42,629 nt of DNA, taken from an uncultured Trueperaceae bacterium (GTDB taxonomy: Bacteria > Deinococcota > Deinococci > Deinococcales > Trueperaceae). The position numbers and the translations under genes were made by a program. Below, one piece after another: positions 7,764 through 18,894 of the stretch (its first letter is position 1; every line of letters begins with the position of its first letter). The DNA lies in contig CAWFFU010000001.1 of NCBI GenBank assembly GCA_963815215.1, positions 1 to 42,629 of the forward strand, read 5' to 3'. The notes beneath the pieces were generated by a model. That model was not told where the DNA came from. It made no database searches and was given only the letters and a program-made list of their open reading frames with translations.

Positions 7764-9791
7764 ATGACCTCATCCGCCCAACGCCTGCTGGAGGAGATGC
7801 ACGCCGAGCGCGCCGCGCTCCGGATCAACATCGTCCTCACGGCGCTGACGGCCGCCGGCCTGCTGGCCGGCGTCATCGCGGCCTTCGTCCACGCACCTAC
7901 GCCGCTGGCGTACGGCCTGTTCGCGGTCGCCTACCTGGCCGGCGGCGTGCCTGCGGGCTGGGATGCCCTCAAAGCGCTACGGCGCGGCCACCTCGACATC
8001 GACCTGCTGATGGTGCTGGCCGCCCTGGCGGCGGCCGCCGTCGGCGCGGTGCGCGACGGCGCCATCCTGCTGTTCCTGTTCAGCCTCGCCGGCACCCTCG
8101 AGGATTACGCCCTGGGCAACACCAAGCGCGCCGTGGTGTCGCTCATGAAGCTCCGCCCCGACACCGCCAACGTGCTGCGCGACGACGGCACCCTCGAGAA
8201 GGTCGAGGTGAGCGCGGTCCGCGTGGGCGCGCGCGTGGTGGTCAAGCCGGGCGAGCGCATGCCGGTCGACGGCCGCGTGCTGCAGGGCGGCAGCGCCGTC
8301 GACCAGTCCCCCATCACCGGCGAGTCGGTGCCCGTCGACAAGGTCGTGGGTGACGACGTCTTCGCAGGCTCCATGAACGGCCACGGCGCCCTCGAGATCA
8401 CCGTGACCAAGGAGGCGAGCCAGTCCACCCTGACCCGCATGATCGAGCTGGTCACCGAGGCGCAGTCGCAGCGCTCCCCCAGCGAGCGCTTCAGCACCTG
8501 GTTCGGCCAGCGCTACACCATCTTCGTGCTGCTCGGCTCCGCTGCGGCGCTGGGCATCTTCCTGCTCATCGGGCTACCGCGCTGGGAGGCGTTCTACAAG
8601 GCGGCCACCCTGCTGGTGGTGGCGAGCCCCTGCGCCATCGTCATCAGCGTGCCGGCCGCGGTGCTGTCGGCGCTGGCCGCGGCGGCGCGCATGGGGGTGC
8701 TGTTCAAGGGGGGCGGGGCGCTGGAGGACTTCGGGTCGACCGGCGTCATCGCCTTCGACAAGACGGGCACCCTCACCGAGGGCAAGATGCATGTCACCGA
8801 CGTGGTCGGCATCGCCGTCGGCGAGCTCGACGTGCTGGCCGCCGCGGCCGCCGTCGAGCAGACCTCCGAGCACCCGCTGGCGCGCAGCATCCTCGAGGAA
8901 GCGCAGGAGGAGAACCTGTCGGTGCGGCCGGTCAGCGACACCCTGGCGCTGCCCGGCAAAGGGATCCGCGTGACGCTGGCCGGCGAGCGCTACTGGGCCG
9001 GTAACCGCAAGATGGCGGCCGAGGTGGGCGCCGACATCACCGACGCCATCGAGTCGGCGGTCGGGCGCCTCGAGGGCGAGGGCAAGACGACCATCCTGGT
9101 CGGCAAGGGCGGCGACCACGGGGAAGCTTCCGCCGCAGGCCCCGCCGCAGTCCCCGCCGTCGTGCTCGGCGTCATCGGCATCGGTGACACCGTGCGCGCC
9201 AGCGCCCGCGAGACCCTGGACGCGCTGCGGGCGGCCGGCGTGGGCCACATGGCGGTGCTCACCGGCGACCACGGCGCCGTGGCACGCAACGTCGGCGCGC
9301 AGCTCGGCCTGCCCGAGGACGCCATCTACGCCGATCTGCTGCCGGAGCAGAAGGTCGACAAGATCCGCGAGCTCGCCCGCTACGGCCGCGTCACCTTCGT
9401 CGGCGACGGCGTCAACGATGCCGCCGCGCTCGCTACCGCCTCGGTGGGCGTGGCGATGGGCACCGCCGGCTCCGACGTGGCGCTCGAAGCCGCCGACGTG
9501 GCGCTGCTGTCCGACGACCTGCGCAAGCTGCCGCACGCCTACACCCTGGCGCGCCAGGCCAATCGCATCATCAAGCAGAACCTGATCTTCGCGCTCGGCA
9601 TCATGCTGGTGATGGTCCTCATCACCATCTTCTTCTTCCTGCCGCTGCCGCTGGGCGTGCTCGGGCACGAGGGCGGCACCATCCTGGTGGTGGCCAACGG
9701 GCTGCGCCTGCTGGCCTTCCGGCCCAAGACGGCGCCGGCGGGACGCGAGGTCGCGCCCGACCCGGCGCGTGGGCTGGCCACCGGGGCCTGA
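7764..9791 (+). CDS. Heavy-metal translocating P1B-4 type ATPase (Co/Fe/Zn class)
   Basis: TGES, SPC in TM (VVASPCAIVIS), DKTGT, SEHPL, GDGVND and HEGGT. No N-terminal metal-binding domain. Confidence 0.93.
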   Translation: MTSSAQRLLEEMHAERAALRINIVLTALTAAGLLAGVIAAFVHAPTPLAYGLFAVAYLAGGVPAGWDALKALRRGHLDIDLLMVLAALAAAAVGAVRDGAILLFLFSLAGTLEDYALGNTKRAVVSLMKLRPDTANVLRDDGTLEKVEVSAVRVGARVVVKPGERMPVDGRVLQGGSAVDQSPITGESVPVDKVVGDDVFAGSMNGHGALEITVTKEASQSTLTRMIELVTEAQSQRSPSERFSTWFGQRYTIFVLLGSAAALGIFLLIGLPRWEAFYKAATLLVVASPCAIVISVPAAVLSALAAAARMGVLFKGGGALEDFGSTGVIAFDKTGTLTEGKMHVTDVVGIAVGELDVLAAAAAVEQTSEHPLARSILEEAQEENLSVRPVSDTLALPGKGIRVTLAGERYWAGNRKMAAEVGADITDAIESAVGRLEGEGKTTILVGKGGDHGEASAAGPAAVPAVVLGVIGIGDTVRASARETLDALRAAGVGHMAVLTGDHGAVARNVGAQLGLPEDAIYADLLPEQKVDKIRELARYGRVTFVGDGVNDAAALATASVGVAMGTAGSDVALEAADVALLSDDLRKLPHAYTLARQANRIIKQNLIFALGIMLVMVLITIFFFLPLPLGVLGHEGGTILVVANGLRLLAFRPKTAPAGREVAPDPARGLATGA

Positions 9792-9833
9792 GCACCGGGC
9801 CTGAGCACCGGGCCTGAGCACCGGGGCTGAGCC
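9781..9833 (+). repeat. 13-bp tandem repeat (~4 copies) spanning the ATPase stop codon
   Basis: ccgg(g)gcctgagca repeated in the convergent intergenic gap. Confidence 0.8.
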
Positions 9834-9848
9834 GCGCCGGCGGGCGCC

Positions 9849-11033
9849 CTAGCCGAGCGAGGGCCGGGCCAGGTCCACCCGCTCACCCTTGCGTAACAGC
9901 TCCGTCGCCGCCTCGACCTTGCCGAAGGTGTTCCACAGCAGCACCCCGCGCAGCCGCTCGCCGTCGTGGTAGTAGACGATCCCCTTGCGCTCGGGGCCGT
10001 CGGCGGGCTCGCTCCAGTCCTCGACAGCCTTCAGGTCGCCGCCCAGGTCGCCCACCGCCTCGTAGCCGTTGTCGAACAGGTCGCTGTAGAAGAACGGGAC
10101 GTGGTCGTAGGGTTCCTCGACGCCCGCCATGACGCGGCCCGCGTGGTGACCGCTGGCGGTGGCGTTGTCCTCGTGCTCGACGCGCACGCGCCGCCCCAGC
10201 GCGGGGTGCAGGAACGCCATGGCGTCGCCGCAGGCGTAGACGTCGGGCCGGGCCGTTCGCAGGAAACGGTCGACATGGATGCCACCCTCGACTTGGAGGC
10301 CGAGCTCTTGCGCCAGCGCGACGTTGGGCACGGTGCCGATGCCCACGACCACCAGATCGGCCGTGAGCTCGGTGCCGTCGTCGAGCGCCAGCTCCACGAG
10401 GTCGTCTCGGCTGCGCGCCTGGCTCACCGCACGACCCCCCAGCACGCGCACGCCGCGACGCTGGTAGTCGCGGTCGAGAGCGCGGGCCAGGCTCTCCGGG
10501 AAGCGGCCCGCACCGAGGTGCGGCTCGGGGAAAACCATGCTCACCTCGGCCCCGGCGGTCCTCAGCCCCGCCGCCATCTCCGAGCCGATGAAGCCGCCGC
10601 CGACGACCACCGCGCGCCCTCCCTCCGAGACCAGCGCGCGGGCCCGGCGGTAGTCGTCCAGGGTGCGGTAGGCCAACACCCGCTCGCTGAGCGCCAGGCC
10701 CGGCAGCGACCGCGGCGTGCCGCCGGTGGCGAGCAGCAGCTTGCCGTAGCCGGCCACGTCCCCTTGCGAATCCGTGACCGTCCGGGCGTCGGCGTCGACG
10801 GCGGTGACCTGTCGGCCGAGCCGCAGCTCGACGCCCTCGTCGCGGGTGCCGAGGCCGAGGTCGTCCTCTTCCCCCATCCACAGCCCCTTGGAGAGCGGCG
10901 GGCGCTCGTAGGGCTCGTGCGGCTCCTGCCCGACGAGCAGGATGGAACCCTCCTCGTCGACGCTGCGGATGCCCTTCACCGCGGCATCGGCGCTCTGGCC
11001 GCCGCCGACGATGACGTAGTCGAATCGCTGCAT
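9849..11033 (-). CDS. FAD-dependent NAD(P)H oxidoreductase (ferredoxin reductase/monodehydroascorbate reductase-like)
   Basis: YVIVGGG, PYERPPLSK, LLLATGG, VVGGGFIGSE, VYACGD, RVEHED, PFFYSD. SD gaggagg before ATG 11033. Confidence 0.9.
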   Translation of the reverse strand: MQRFDYVIVGGGQSADAAVKGIRSVDEEGSILLVGQEPHEPYERPPLSKGLWMGEEDDLGLGTRDEGVELRLGRQVTAVDADARTVTDSQGDVAGYGKLLLATGGTPRSLPGLALSERVLAYRTLDDYRRARALVSEGGRAVVVGGGFIGSEMAAGLRTAGAEVSMVFPEPHLGAGRFPESLARALDRDYQRRGVRVLGGRAVSQARSRDDLVELALDDGTELTADLVVVGIGTVPNVALAQELGLQVEGGIHVDRFLRTARPDVYACGDAMAFLHPALGRRVRVEHEDNATASGHHAGRVMAGVEEPYDHVPFFYSDLFDNGYEAVGDLGGDLKAVEDWSEPADGPERKGIVYYHDGERLRGVLLWNTFGKVEAATELLRKGERVDLARPSLG

Positions 11034-11152
11034 GAGGACCTCCTCTCGTACGAACGTACGCGGGCATCGGTTCTGCGGACGTCCGCCGCGCCACCCCAGA
11101 AGCCTCATCGCAGACTCCGGGACGCTCATCGGGCAGCGCCTATACTCGCGTG

Positions 11153-12111
<959 letters not shown>

Positions 12112-12115
<4 letters not shown>

Positions 12116-12960
12116 CGGTCCTCACCATCGCCGGGGCGTCGCTGCGCGAGGCCTGGAACCGGCGCCTGGTGCTGGCGCTGATCGTGGTGAGCGTAGCGTT
12201 CCTGGCGCTCTACCTCTACGGCGCGCACCTGCTGAACACGCGCCTGGTCGAGCGCGCGCAGGCGATCGCCGCCCGCAACGGCGGCGGCATCACACTGGCG
12301 CGCCACCAGATGGTGCTCCTCGGGATGTACGTGGTCGACTTCCTGGCGTCGTTCATGGCGATCTTCGCCGGTGTCGGCGCGATCGCCGGCGAGCTGGAGG
12401 ACCACAGCCTGCAGCTGGTGCTGGCCAAGCCGGTGCGGCGCTGGCAGGTGATCGCCGGCAAGGCCCTGGGGAGCGGCACGGTGAGCGTGCTGTACGCGAC
12501 GCTACTGTCCGTCTCGCTGCTGGTCGGCAGCCGCGTGGTGCTGGGCGTGACCCCGCCGGGCGTCGTTCCGGCGATCCTGCTGATCGACCTCGGGATCCTG
12601 GTGCTCTCCGGCCTGACGCTCCTGGCGAGCAGCCTCACCCACACGCTCACCGCCGGCGTGGCGATGGTGATGGCCTACGCGCTGGCCTGGACCGGCAGCG
12701 TGCTCACCAGCCTGGGCGAGCTCACCAACATCGACGTGCTGGCCACGCTGGGCCGCGATACCCGCCTGCTGGTGCCCAGCGACGCCCTGTGGAAGGCCGG
12801 CTCCTACTACCTGCAGACGCCGTCCATGCGGGCGCAGGCGGGCCCCAACCCGCTGTTCGGCGTGAGCGCGCCCGATGCGGCGTTCCTGATCTACGCCGGG
12901 GCGTACGTGGTGGTGGCGTTCGTGCTGGCGGGGCTGGCGTTCCAGCGGCGCGACCTGTAG
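12112..12960 (+). CDS. ABC-2 type transporter permease
   Basis: ATGA overlap with the ATPase gene. About 6 TM, ELEDHSLQLVLAKPVRRW and a C-terminal FQRRDL. Confidence 0.88.
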
Positions 12961-12984
12961 CGCGAGGCGGGCGGGCGGAGGACC

Positions 12985-13140
12985 GAGGGGGGGTTCGCGG
13001 AACCCCTCTATCGAAGGTCAAGCCTCGCTTCACGGTCGCGCGCGCAGACCGCGGTCCTGGGGGTGAACGCGCTGCGGCCTGCCAAGCATGTCAAACCACG
13101 CTGTACCTCCGGAAGAGGGGTCCGGGACCACCCCCCCTAC
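12985..13140. repeat. Second inverted pair of the ~50-bp dispersed repeat (MITE/REP-like)
   Basis: 12985-13033 (gagggggggttcgcggaacccctctatcgaaggtcaagcctcgcttcac) is an imperfect reverse complement of 13090-13140 (gtcaaaccacgctgtacctccggaagaggggtccgggaccaccccccctac). Lies between convergent genes. Confidence 0.72.
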
Positions 13141-13195
13141 CGGCCGAGCGCGCTCCGGCCGGGCGCGGGCCAGGCGCGCGCGCGCTAGACCGCCG

Positions 13196-15097
13196 CTACA
13201 GCTCGACCTGGATGCCCAGCTCCACCACGCGCTCGGGCGGGATGTGGAAGAACGCCGTGGCGCTGCTGGCGTTGCGCGCCATGACCGCGAACAGGCGCTC
13301 GCGCCACAGCGCCATGCCCGGGAGCGCCGTGGGCAACAGCGTCTCACGGCCCAGGAAGTAGCTGGTGTCCTCGGCCTCGATCCCGCGGCCGCCGACCTCC
13401 AGCACCGCCAGGTCACGCGGCACGCGCGCGGTCTGCATGAAGCCGTAGCTCAGCACGATCTGGTAGAAGCCCCGCCCCAGGTCGGTGATGACCGGCCGCT
13501 CGTCCGAGGTGACGCGCGGCACGCCCTCGGTGCGCACCGACACGAACAGCACCCGGTCGTGGAGCACCTTGTTGTGACGCAGGTTGTGGGCGAACGCCGG
13601 CGGGGTGGTGGTCGGGTCGCCCGTCATGTACACCGCCGTACCGGCCACCCGCGCGTAGCTCGCGGTGTCGATCTCCTGCAGCAGCCGCTCCAGCGGGCGC
13701 GCGGCCGACCTCAGGCGCTCGCCCACGATCTGCCGGCCGCGGCGCCAGGTGGTCATCAGCGTGAACACCGCCGCCGCCATCACCAGCGGGAACCAACCTC
13801 CCGCCGCGACCTTGAACAGGTTGGCGCCGAAGAACGCCAGGTCGATCAGCAGGAACGTGCCCGTCAGCAGCCCCGCCTTCCACCGCGCCCAGCCCCAGCG
13901 CTGCGTCGCCACCACGTACAGCAGCGCGGTGGTGATGACCATGGTCATGGTGACCGCCACACCGTAGGCGGCGGCCAGGTTGCTCGAGGTGCGGAAGCCC
14001 AGCACCAGCCCCACGCAGGCGACCATCAGCGCCCAGTTGATGGAGTCCACGTACACCTGCCCCATCTCGGTGGCCGAGGTGTGGCGGATGTTCAGCCGCG
14101 GCAGATAACCGAGCTGCACGCTCTGCATCGCCAGCGAGAAGGCGCCCGAGATGAGCGCCTGCGAGGCGATGACGGTGGCCAGGGTGGCGATCAGCACGAC
14201 CGGGTACAGGGTCCAGCCGGGCGCCATGCGGTAGAACGGGTCGGCCACCGCCGACGGGTCGCGCAACACCAGCGCGCCCTGACCGAAGTAGTTCAGCAGC
14301 AGCCCCGGCAGCACCACCACGAACCAGGCGAGCCGGATGGGGCGGCGCCCGAAGTGCCCCATGTCGGCGTACAGCGCCTCGCCGCCGGTGACCACCAGGA
14401 ACACCGAGCCCAGCACCAGGAAGCCCTGGCCGCCGTTGCGCAAGAAGAAGCGCAGCGCCTGCAACGGATCGAGCGCCCACAGCACTCCCGGCTGCCGCAC
14501 GATCTGGCTCACGCCCAGCACCGCCAGCGTGCCGAACCACAGCAGGGTGATGGGACCGAACACCCGCCCCACGCCGCCGGTACCGCGCCGTTGGATCATG
14601 AACAGGCCGATCAGGATGGCGATGGTGATGGGCAACACGAACGGGGTCAGCGTCGGGGTGGCCACGTCCAACCCCTCGACCGCCGAGAGCACCGAGATCG
14701 CCGGCGTGATCATGCCGTCGCCGTAGAGCAGCGCCGTCCCGAACAGGCCGAGCGTCAGCAACCACCACAAGCGGCTGCGGCGGCGCGCGTTCGTCGGCGC
14801 CACCAGCGAGGTCAGCGCCAGGATGCCGCCCTCGCCGTGGTTGTCGGCGCGCATCACGAACACCAGGTACTTGACGGTGATGATCACCAGCAGCGACCAG
14901 AAGATCAGCGACAGCACGCCCAGCACGTTGTCGGGCGTGGGCCCGACCTGGTGCCGGAACGACTCGCGCAGCGCGTACAGCGGGCTGGTGCCGATGTCGC
15001 CGTAGACCACGCCCAGCGCGGACAGCGACAGCGCGGCGAGGCGCCGGCCGCGGGGCGGCCCGCCGGCCCGGCCGTTCGTCGAGTCGGGATTCTGCAT
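13196..15097 (-). CDS. kup: KUP/HAK/KT potassium transporter
   Basis: GVVYGDIGTSPLYA, ADNHGEGG, TGGEALYADMGHFG, AAAYGVAVT, HNKVLH and C-terminal VELGIQVEL. TATACT lies 6 nt before ATG 15097. Confidence 0.95.
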   Translation of the reverse strand: MQNPDSTNGRAGGPPRGRRLAALSLSALGVVYGDIGTSPLYALRESFRHQVGPTPDNVLGVLSLIFWSLLVIITVKYLVFVMRADNHGEGGILALTSLVAPTNARRRSRLWWLLTLGLFGTALLYGDGMITPAISVLSAVEGLDVATPTLTPFVLPITIAILIGLFMIQRRGTGGVGRVFGPITLLWFGTLAVLGVSQIVRQPGVLWALDPLQALRFFLRNGGQGFLVLGSVFLVVTGGEALYADMGHFGRRPIRLAWFVVVLPGLLLNYFGQGALVLRDPSAVADPFYRMAPGWTLYPVVLIATLATVIASQALISGAFSLAMQSVQLGYLPRLNIRHTSATEMGQVYVDSINWALMVACVGLVLGFRTSSNLAAAYGVAVTMTMVITTALLYVVATQRWGWARWKAGLLTGTFLLIDLAFFGANLFKVAAGGWFPLVMAAAVFTLMTTWRRGRQIVGERLRSAARPLERLLQEIDTASYARVAGTAVYMTGDPTTTPPAFAHNLRHNKVLHDRVLFVSVRTEGVPRVTSDERPVITDLGRGFYQIVLSYGFMQTARVPRDLAVLEVGGRGIEAEDTSYFLGRETLLPTALPGMALWRERLFAVMARNASSATAFFHIPPERVVELGIQVEL

Positions 15098-15253
15098 CCG
15101 GAGAGTATAGGTGCGCGCCGCGCCGGCACACGTGCGCCACGACCCGTCCGCGAACCCCGGAATGTGCCATAGCGCTCGACCGAACGGCCCGCGCGGAGCT
15201 ACCATGGACGGACGTCTCGGCGCAGGCTCGAGCCCGCGCCGCTGGAGGATGCC

Positions 15254-15577
15254 ATGCGTGTGCCCGGCGTGTGGGATGTGGATCGAGCGCAAGCGGCGCT
15301 CAACGTCTTCGGTGGTGCGACCTTCGCCGTCGGGAGCCTGCTGTTCCTGAACAGTGCGCTCGTGCGGTTGGGGATCGCCTTCTTCGTGGTGGGCAGCTTC
15401 GCGATGCTCGCCGGCGCGCTGGCGGTGTGGAACCAGCGCTACGCGCCGGGGCGCACGGCCGACGGCTCGGCCCTCACGCTCGAGCCGGCCGCGCAGACCG
15501 TGGCAGCGACCGTGCCCGGCATCGTCACTTCAGCAGCAGCACCGGGCAGTCGGCCAGCAGACCCACTCGGTGACTGA
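15254..15577 (+). CDS. Small membrane protein, YrhK-like
   Basis: SD ggagg. NVFGGATFAVGSLLFL...FFVVGS pattern. The 3' end overlaps the USP gene. Confidence 0.6.
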   Translation: MRVPGVWDVDRAQAALNVFGGATFAVGSLLFLNSALVRLGIAFFVVGSFAMLAGALAVWNQRYAPGRTADGSALTLEPAAQTVAATVPGIVTSAAAPGSRPADPLGD

Positions 15578-15947
15578 TCGTCCCCCAGCCCTTGGTCGGC
15601 TCGTCGCGGTCGATCCGGTGCGACTGCAGCACGATCAACTCGAAGCCGCGCTCCTCGGCGATGCGTAGGATCTCCTTCACCCGGCGCCCGAAGACCACCT
15701 CGGTCTCCACCCGCACGCCGGCGTCATCGAACGGCGCCAGCAGCGCGTCCATCTCGCTCCTGGCCTGCGCCGCCAGCGAATCGTAGAAGTCGCGGTAGTC
15801 CTCGTAGGTGGTGTCCTTGATGATCTCCACCACGTGCAGCACGGTCACGCCCGCGTCCGCCTCGCGTGCCGCCAGGCCGAGGGCCGTCGCCACCGCACGC
15901 GCAGCCCGCTGTGAACGATCGACCGGAACCAGGATCGAACGGTACAT
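15525..15947 (-). CDS. Universal stress protein (UspA family)
   Basis: MYRSILVPVDRS, TVLHV, ELIVLQSH, GTISHRV..LADCPVLLLK. SD ggagg. Confidence 0.9.
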   Translation of the reverse strand: MYRSILVPVDRSQRAARAVATALGLAAREADAGVTVLHVVEIIKDTTYEDYRDFYDSLAAQARSEMDALLAPFDDAGVRVETEVVFGRRVKEILRIAEERGFELIVLQSHRIDRDEPTKGWGTISHRVGLLADCPVLLLK

Positions 15948-15968
15948 GGCTCCTCCAGTATGGCGCTC

Positions 15969-17864
15969 TCAGGCGCGGTGGGGGGCCCGCTCGACCAGTT
16001 CCAGGAACACTCCGGTCAGTTCGGGATCGAACTGCCTGCCGGCCATGCCCGCGATCTCCTCGACGGCGGCGGCGTGCGTCCATGCCTGCTTGTACGGGCG
16101 CTGGCTCATGAGCGCGTCGTAGACGTCGACCAGCGAGAACATGCGCGCCTCCAGCGGGATGGCGTCGCGCGCCAGGCCGTCCGGGTAGCCGTCGCCCAGC
16201 CAGCGCTCGTGGTGGTTTCGCACCAGCGCACGCGTGGCGTCGGGCAGGAAGGGGATGCCCCGCGTCATCTCGTAGCCGTACACCGTGTGGTTCTTGATGA
16301 CGGCGTACTCCTCGGCCGTGAGCCGCCCCGGCTTGAGCAGGATGTCGTCGGGGATGGCGATCTTGCCCAGATCGTGGAGGTAGGCCCCCCACTGCAGCGC
16401 CTGCAGCTCGCCGTCGCGCATCCCCAGGGCGCGCCCGAAGGCGAGCGCTCGCTCCACCACCCGGTCGGTGTGCCCCTTGGTCTCGTAGTCGCGGTACTCC
16501 AGCGCCACCCCCAGCGCGCGGAAGGTCTGCTCGCGGGTGGTGGTGAGCTCGCGGATGTACTCGACGCGCTCGAGCGCGTTCTCCAGGCGCTTCACGAAGC
16601 TCTCCGCCACCAGCCGGTCCTCGTCGTCGAGGTCGACCTGGCGCCCGAAGGCGGCCAGGCTGATCACCCCGACGGTGACGCCGCTGCGCTTGACCGGCAA
16701 GGTGAGCTGCGTGCGCAACCCCAGCTCTACGTACTCGGGCAGCGCGCCCTCCCAGGCGGGGTAGTCCGAGAGCGTGCCCTCGCCCGTGGCCGCCACCGTG
16801 CCGACGAGGCCGGTGCCGACCGGCATGGGCCGCTTCTGAAGCGCGCGCAACCCCTCCGGCACGGTGCCCCACAGACGGGCGACGTGGCAGGCGCCGCCCT
16901 CGATGAGGTAGTACACCCCCAGATCGAGCTGCAGCTGGCGGGCCAGGTCCTCCAGGCCCGCGTCGAGCAGCGCGTCGATGTCGTGGAGTTGCTCGATGCG
17001 CGCGCTGAAGTTGGCGAGCTGGTGGTAGGCGGCCGCCGTCTCCTGCAGCTCGGCGTTGAGCCGGCGCACCCGCTCCAGCGCGCTCCGGCGCTCGGTCACG
17101 TCGGCGATGGAGCCGATCGTGCCGACGACGGTGCCCCCGGCATCGCGGGACGGCGCCGCGCTCACGCGTACCCAGCGACGCTCACCGTCAGGACGCACGA
17201 TCTCGGTCTCGTACTCCTCGGGCACCCCCAGCAAGCGGCGTTGGTTGCGCTCCTCCTGGGCCGCCCAGTGCTCCTCGGGCATCAGCAGGCGGTACGCCAC
17301 CTGCCCCTCCAGCTCGTCCCGGCTCCGTCCCGTCAACACCCCCATGCGCGGGTTGGCGTAGAGGATGCGCTCCTCGACGTCGGTGAGGATCAGCCCCTCG
17401 CCCATGCTCTCCACCACGGCCCGGAAGCGCAGTTCCGAGCTCTCCTGGCTGGCGCGCTGCTGGCGGCGTTGCCGCGCCTCGGCGAGCTCGCACTCCACCG
17501 CCGGCGCCAGCCGCGCCCAGCGCCCCTTGATCAGTAGATCCTGAGCGCCCGCCTTCAGCACGCCTACCGCGGCCTCCTCACCGATCGCTTCGGTCACCAC
17601 GATGCAGGGTGTGTCGGGCGCCACCTCCCGGAGTACGGCCAGGCTGTCCAGCGCGTTCAGGCCGTGGACCTGGTGGTCGGCGAGCACGATGTCCCAGGAC
17701 GCCCCGGTCAGCGCGTCACGCAGCGCCGCCGCGTCGGCGACGCGCTCGCTGGTCACCGCATAGCCGGTGCGCTCGAGCTGCTGCGCCAGCAGATCCGCTT
17801 CGTCGGCGTCGTCCGCGACGAACAGCACGCGCAGGAAGGTGGTGTCGCCGTCCCCACGGCTCAT
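15969..17864 (-). CDS. REC-PAS-GAF-HD-GYP c-di-GMP phosphodiesterase response regulator
   Basis: REC (LRVLFVADD, DIVLAD, LIKG), PAS/PAC, GAF, RDYETKGH, LHDLGK, HHERWLGDGYP. Start at ATG 17864 after SD gagggg. Confidence 0.9.
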   Translation of the reverse strand: MSRGDGDTTFLRVLFVADDADEADLLAQQLERTGYAVTSERVADAAALRDALTGASWDIVLADHQVHGLNALDSLAVLREVAPDTPCIVVTEAIGEEAAVGVLKAGAQDLLIKGRWARLAPAVECELAEARQRRQQRASQESSELRFRAVVESMGEGLILTDVEERILYANPRMGVLTGRSRDELEGQVAYRLLMPEEHWAAQEERNQRRLLGVPEEYETEIVRPDGERRWVRVSAAPSRDAGGTVVGTIGSIADVTERRSALERVRRLNAELQETAAAYHQLANFSARIEQLHDIDALLDAGLEDLARQLQLDLGVYYLIEGGACHVARLWGTVPEGLRALQKRPMPVGTGLVGTVAATGEGTLSDYPAWEGALPEYVELGLRTQLTLPVKRSGVTVGVISLAAFGRQVDLDDEDRLVAESFVKRLENALERVEYIRELTTTREQTFRALGVALEYRDYETKGHTDRVVERALAFGRALGMRDGELQALQWGAYLHDLGKIAIPDDILLKPGRLTAEEYAVIKNHTVYGYEMTRGIPFLPDATRALVRNHHERWLGDGYPDGLARDAIPLEARMFSLVDVYDALMSQRPYKQAWTHAAAVEEIAGMAGRQFDPELTGVFLELVERAPHRA

Positions 17865-18065
17865 GCCGTCCCCTCTCCCAACCTGAAGTGGAAGGCGGCC
17901 CCCCGATCCTGATTCGCCCTCGACCCGCACCCGCCCGCCGTGCCGCCGCACGCGAACCCTCCGCCTGCTTCGCCGCACGGTGGCGAGCCCGACCCCGGTG
18001 CCGGGACGACCCCTCGAAGCCCACATCGAACCCTGCACCGGCGTTCTGGACAGTGTAGGGCATTT
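17861..18065 (-). pseudogene. Degraded remnant of a sensor histidine kinase HATPase_c C-terminus
   Basis: Collinear fragments in three frames: YTVQNAGAGFD (G1-like), PGTGVGLATVRR...RHGGRVRVEG (G2 box) and GAAFHFRL-GEGTA-stop. The stop overlaps the ATG of the downstream response regulator. Confidence 0.65.
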
Positions 18066-18201
18066 CGCGCTCGGCGCTGGCGACGTCGCCGGCGCGCCGC
18101 GGGGTCCCGAGCAAGCCGCGTCCCCAACGCGATTCGGGAGCAACAGCGGTTCAGGGGTATCATGAGGCATCGCGACGCGCAGCGCAGAGGGAAGGGGACC
18201 C

Positions 18202-18882
18202 ATGCTCGCTCCCACCGGATTCGATCCCTGGCAGTGGTGGACTACGCTCCAGCCGCAGGGTCGGCTGCTGGCCGGGCTGGCTCAGCTGGTCGCCGGCCTG
18301 GCCATCGCCTTCTTCGGGTTCCGGCTGTTCCGGGCGCTGCTCGCCCTGACCGGCTTCGTGGCCGGCGCCTCGTTCGGCCTGTCGCTGGGCTCCGGCGCGG
18401 CGCCGTCGGCCGGCACCTGGCTGCTGGCCGTGGCGCTGGGACTGTTCGGCGCGCTGCTGCTGTGGATGCTGTTCCGCATCGGAGCGCTGCTCGCCGGCGC
18501 GGCCCTGGGTGCGGCCGTGGCCGGCGCCGCGGCGGTCGCGCTACCCGCCGGGGCCAACCCCCAGTGGGCCTGGTTGCTGCTACTGGTGGGGCTGGTGCTC
18601 GGCGCGGTCCTGGCGTGGCGCCTGCAACGCCCGCTGATCATCGTCGTCACCGCGCTCGCCGGCGGCTGGGCGACGATGGTCGGGCTGGCCATGCTGCTCG
18701 GCCGCGCCACGCCCGCGCAGGCGGTGCCGGCGGCGCTCGGCAGCGACGTCTGGTCGCTGGGCCTGGCGAACGCCTGGCACAGCGGGGGCGCCCCGTGGCT
18801 GCTGGGAGCGCTGGCGCTGGCGCTGCTGGGGGCGGCCTTCCAGCTGCGCGACACGGTGCGGCTGCGCAACCGCAGGGTCTAG
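18202..18882 (+). CDS. Integral membrane protein (DUF4203/TM7S3-like)
   Basis: GLAIAFFGFRLFR..L..TGFVAG motif, about 7 Gly/Ala-rich TM helices, SD gaagggga. Confidence 0.7.
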   Translation: MLAPTGFDPWQWWTTLQPQGRLLAGLAQLVAGLAIAFFGFRLFRALLALTGFVAGASFGLSLGSGAAPSAGTWLLAVALGLFGALLLWMLFRIGALLAGAALGAAVAGAAAVALPAGANPQWAWLLLLVGLVLGAVLAWRLQRPLIIVVTALAGGWATMVGLAMLLGRATPAQAVPAALGSDVWSLGLANAWHSGGAPWLLGALALALLGAAFQLRDTVRLRNRRV

Positions 18883-18894
18883 GCGCCGCAGGGT

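Noticed and set aside
13088..15172. Long antisense or alternate-frame ORFs (e.g. 13088-15172, 24282-26375, 26968-29037, 34113-35747)
   Set aside because: Shadow ORFs expected at high GC: no motifs, and they fully overlap well-supported genes.
17865..18215. N-terminal extension of the HD-GYP ORF (748-aa call)
   Set aside because: The REC domain begins at ATG 17864 with an SD. The upstream sequence is a kinase remnant or non-coding and would overlap the divergent gene.
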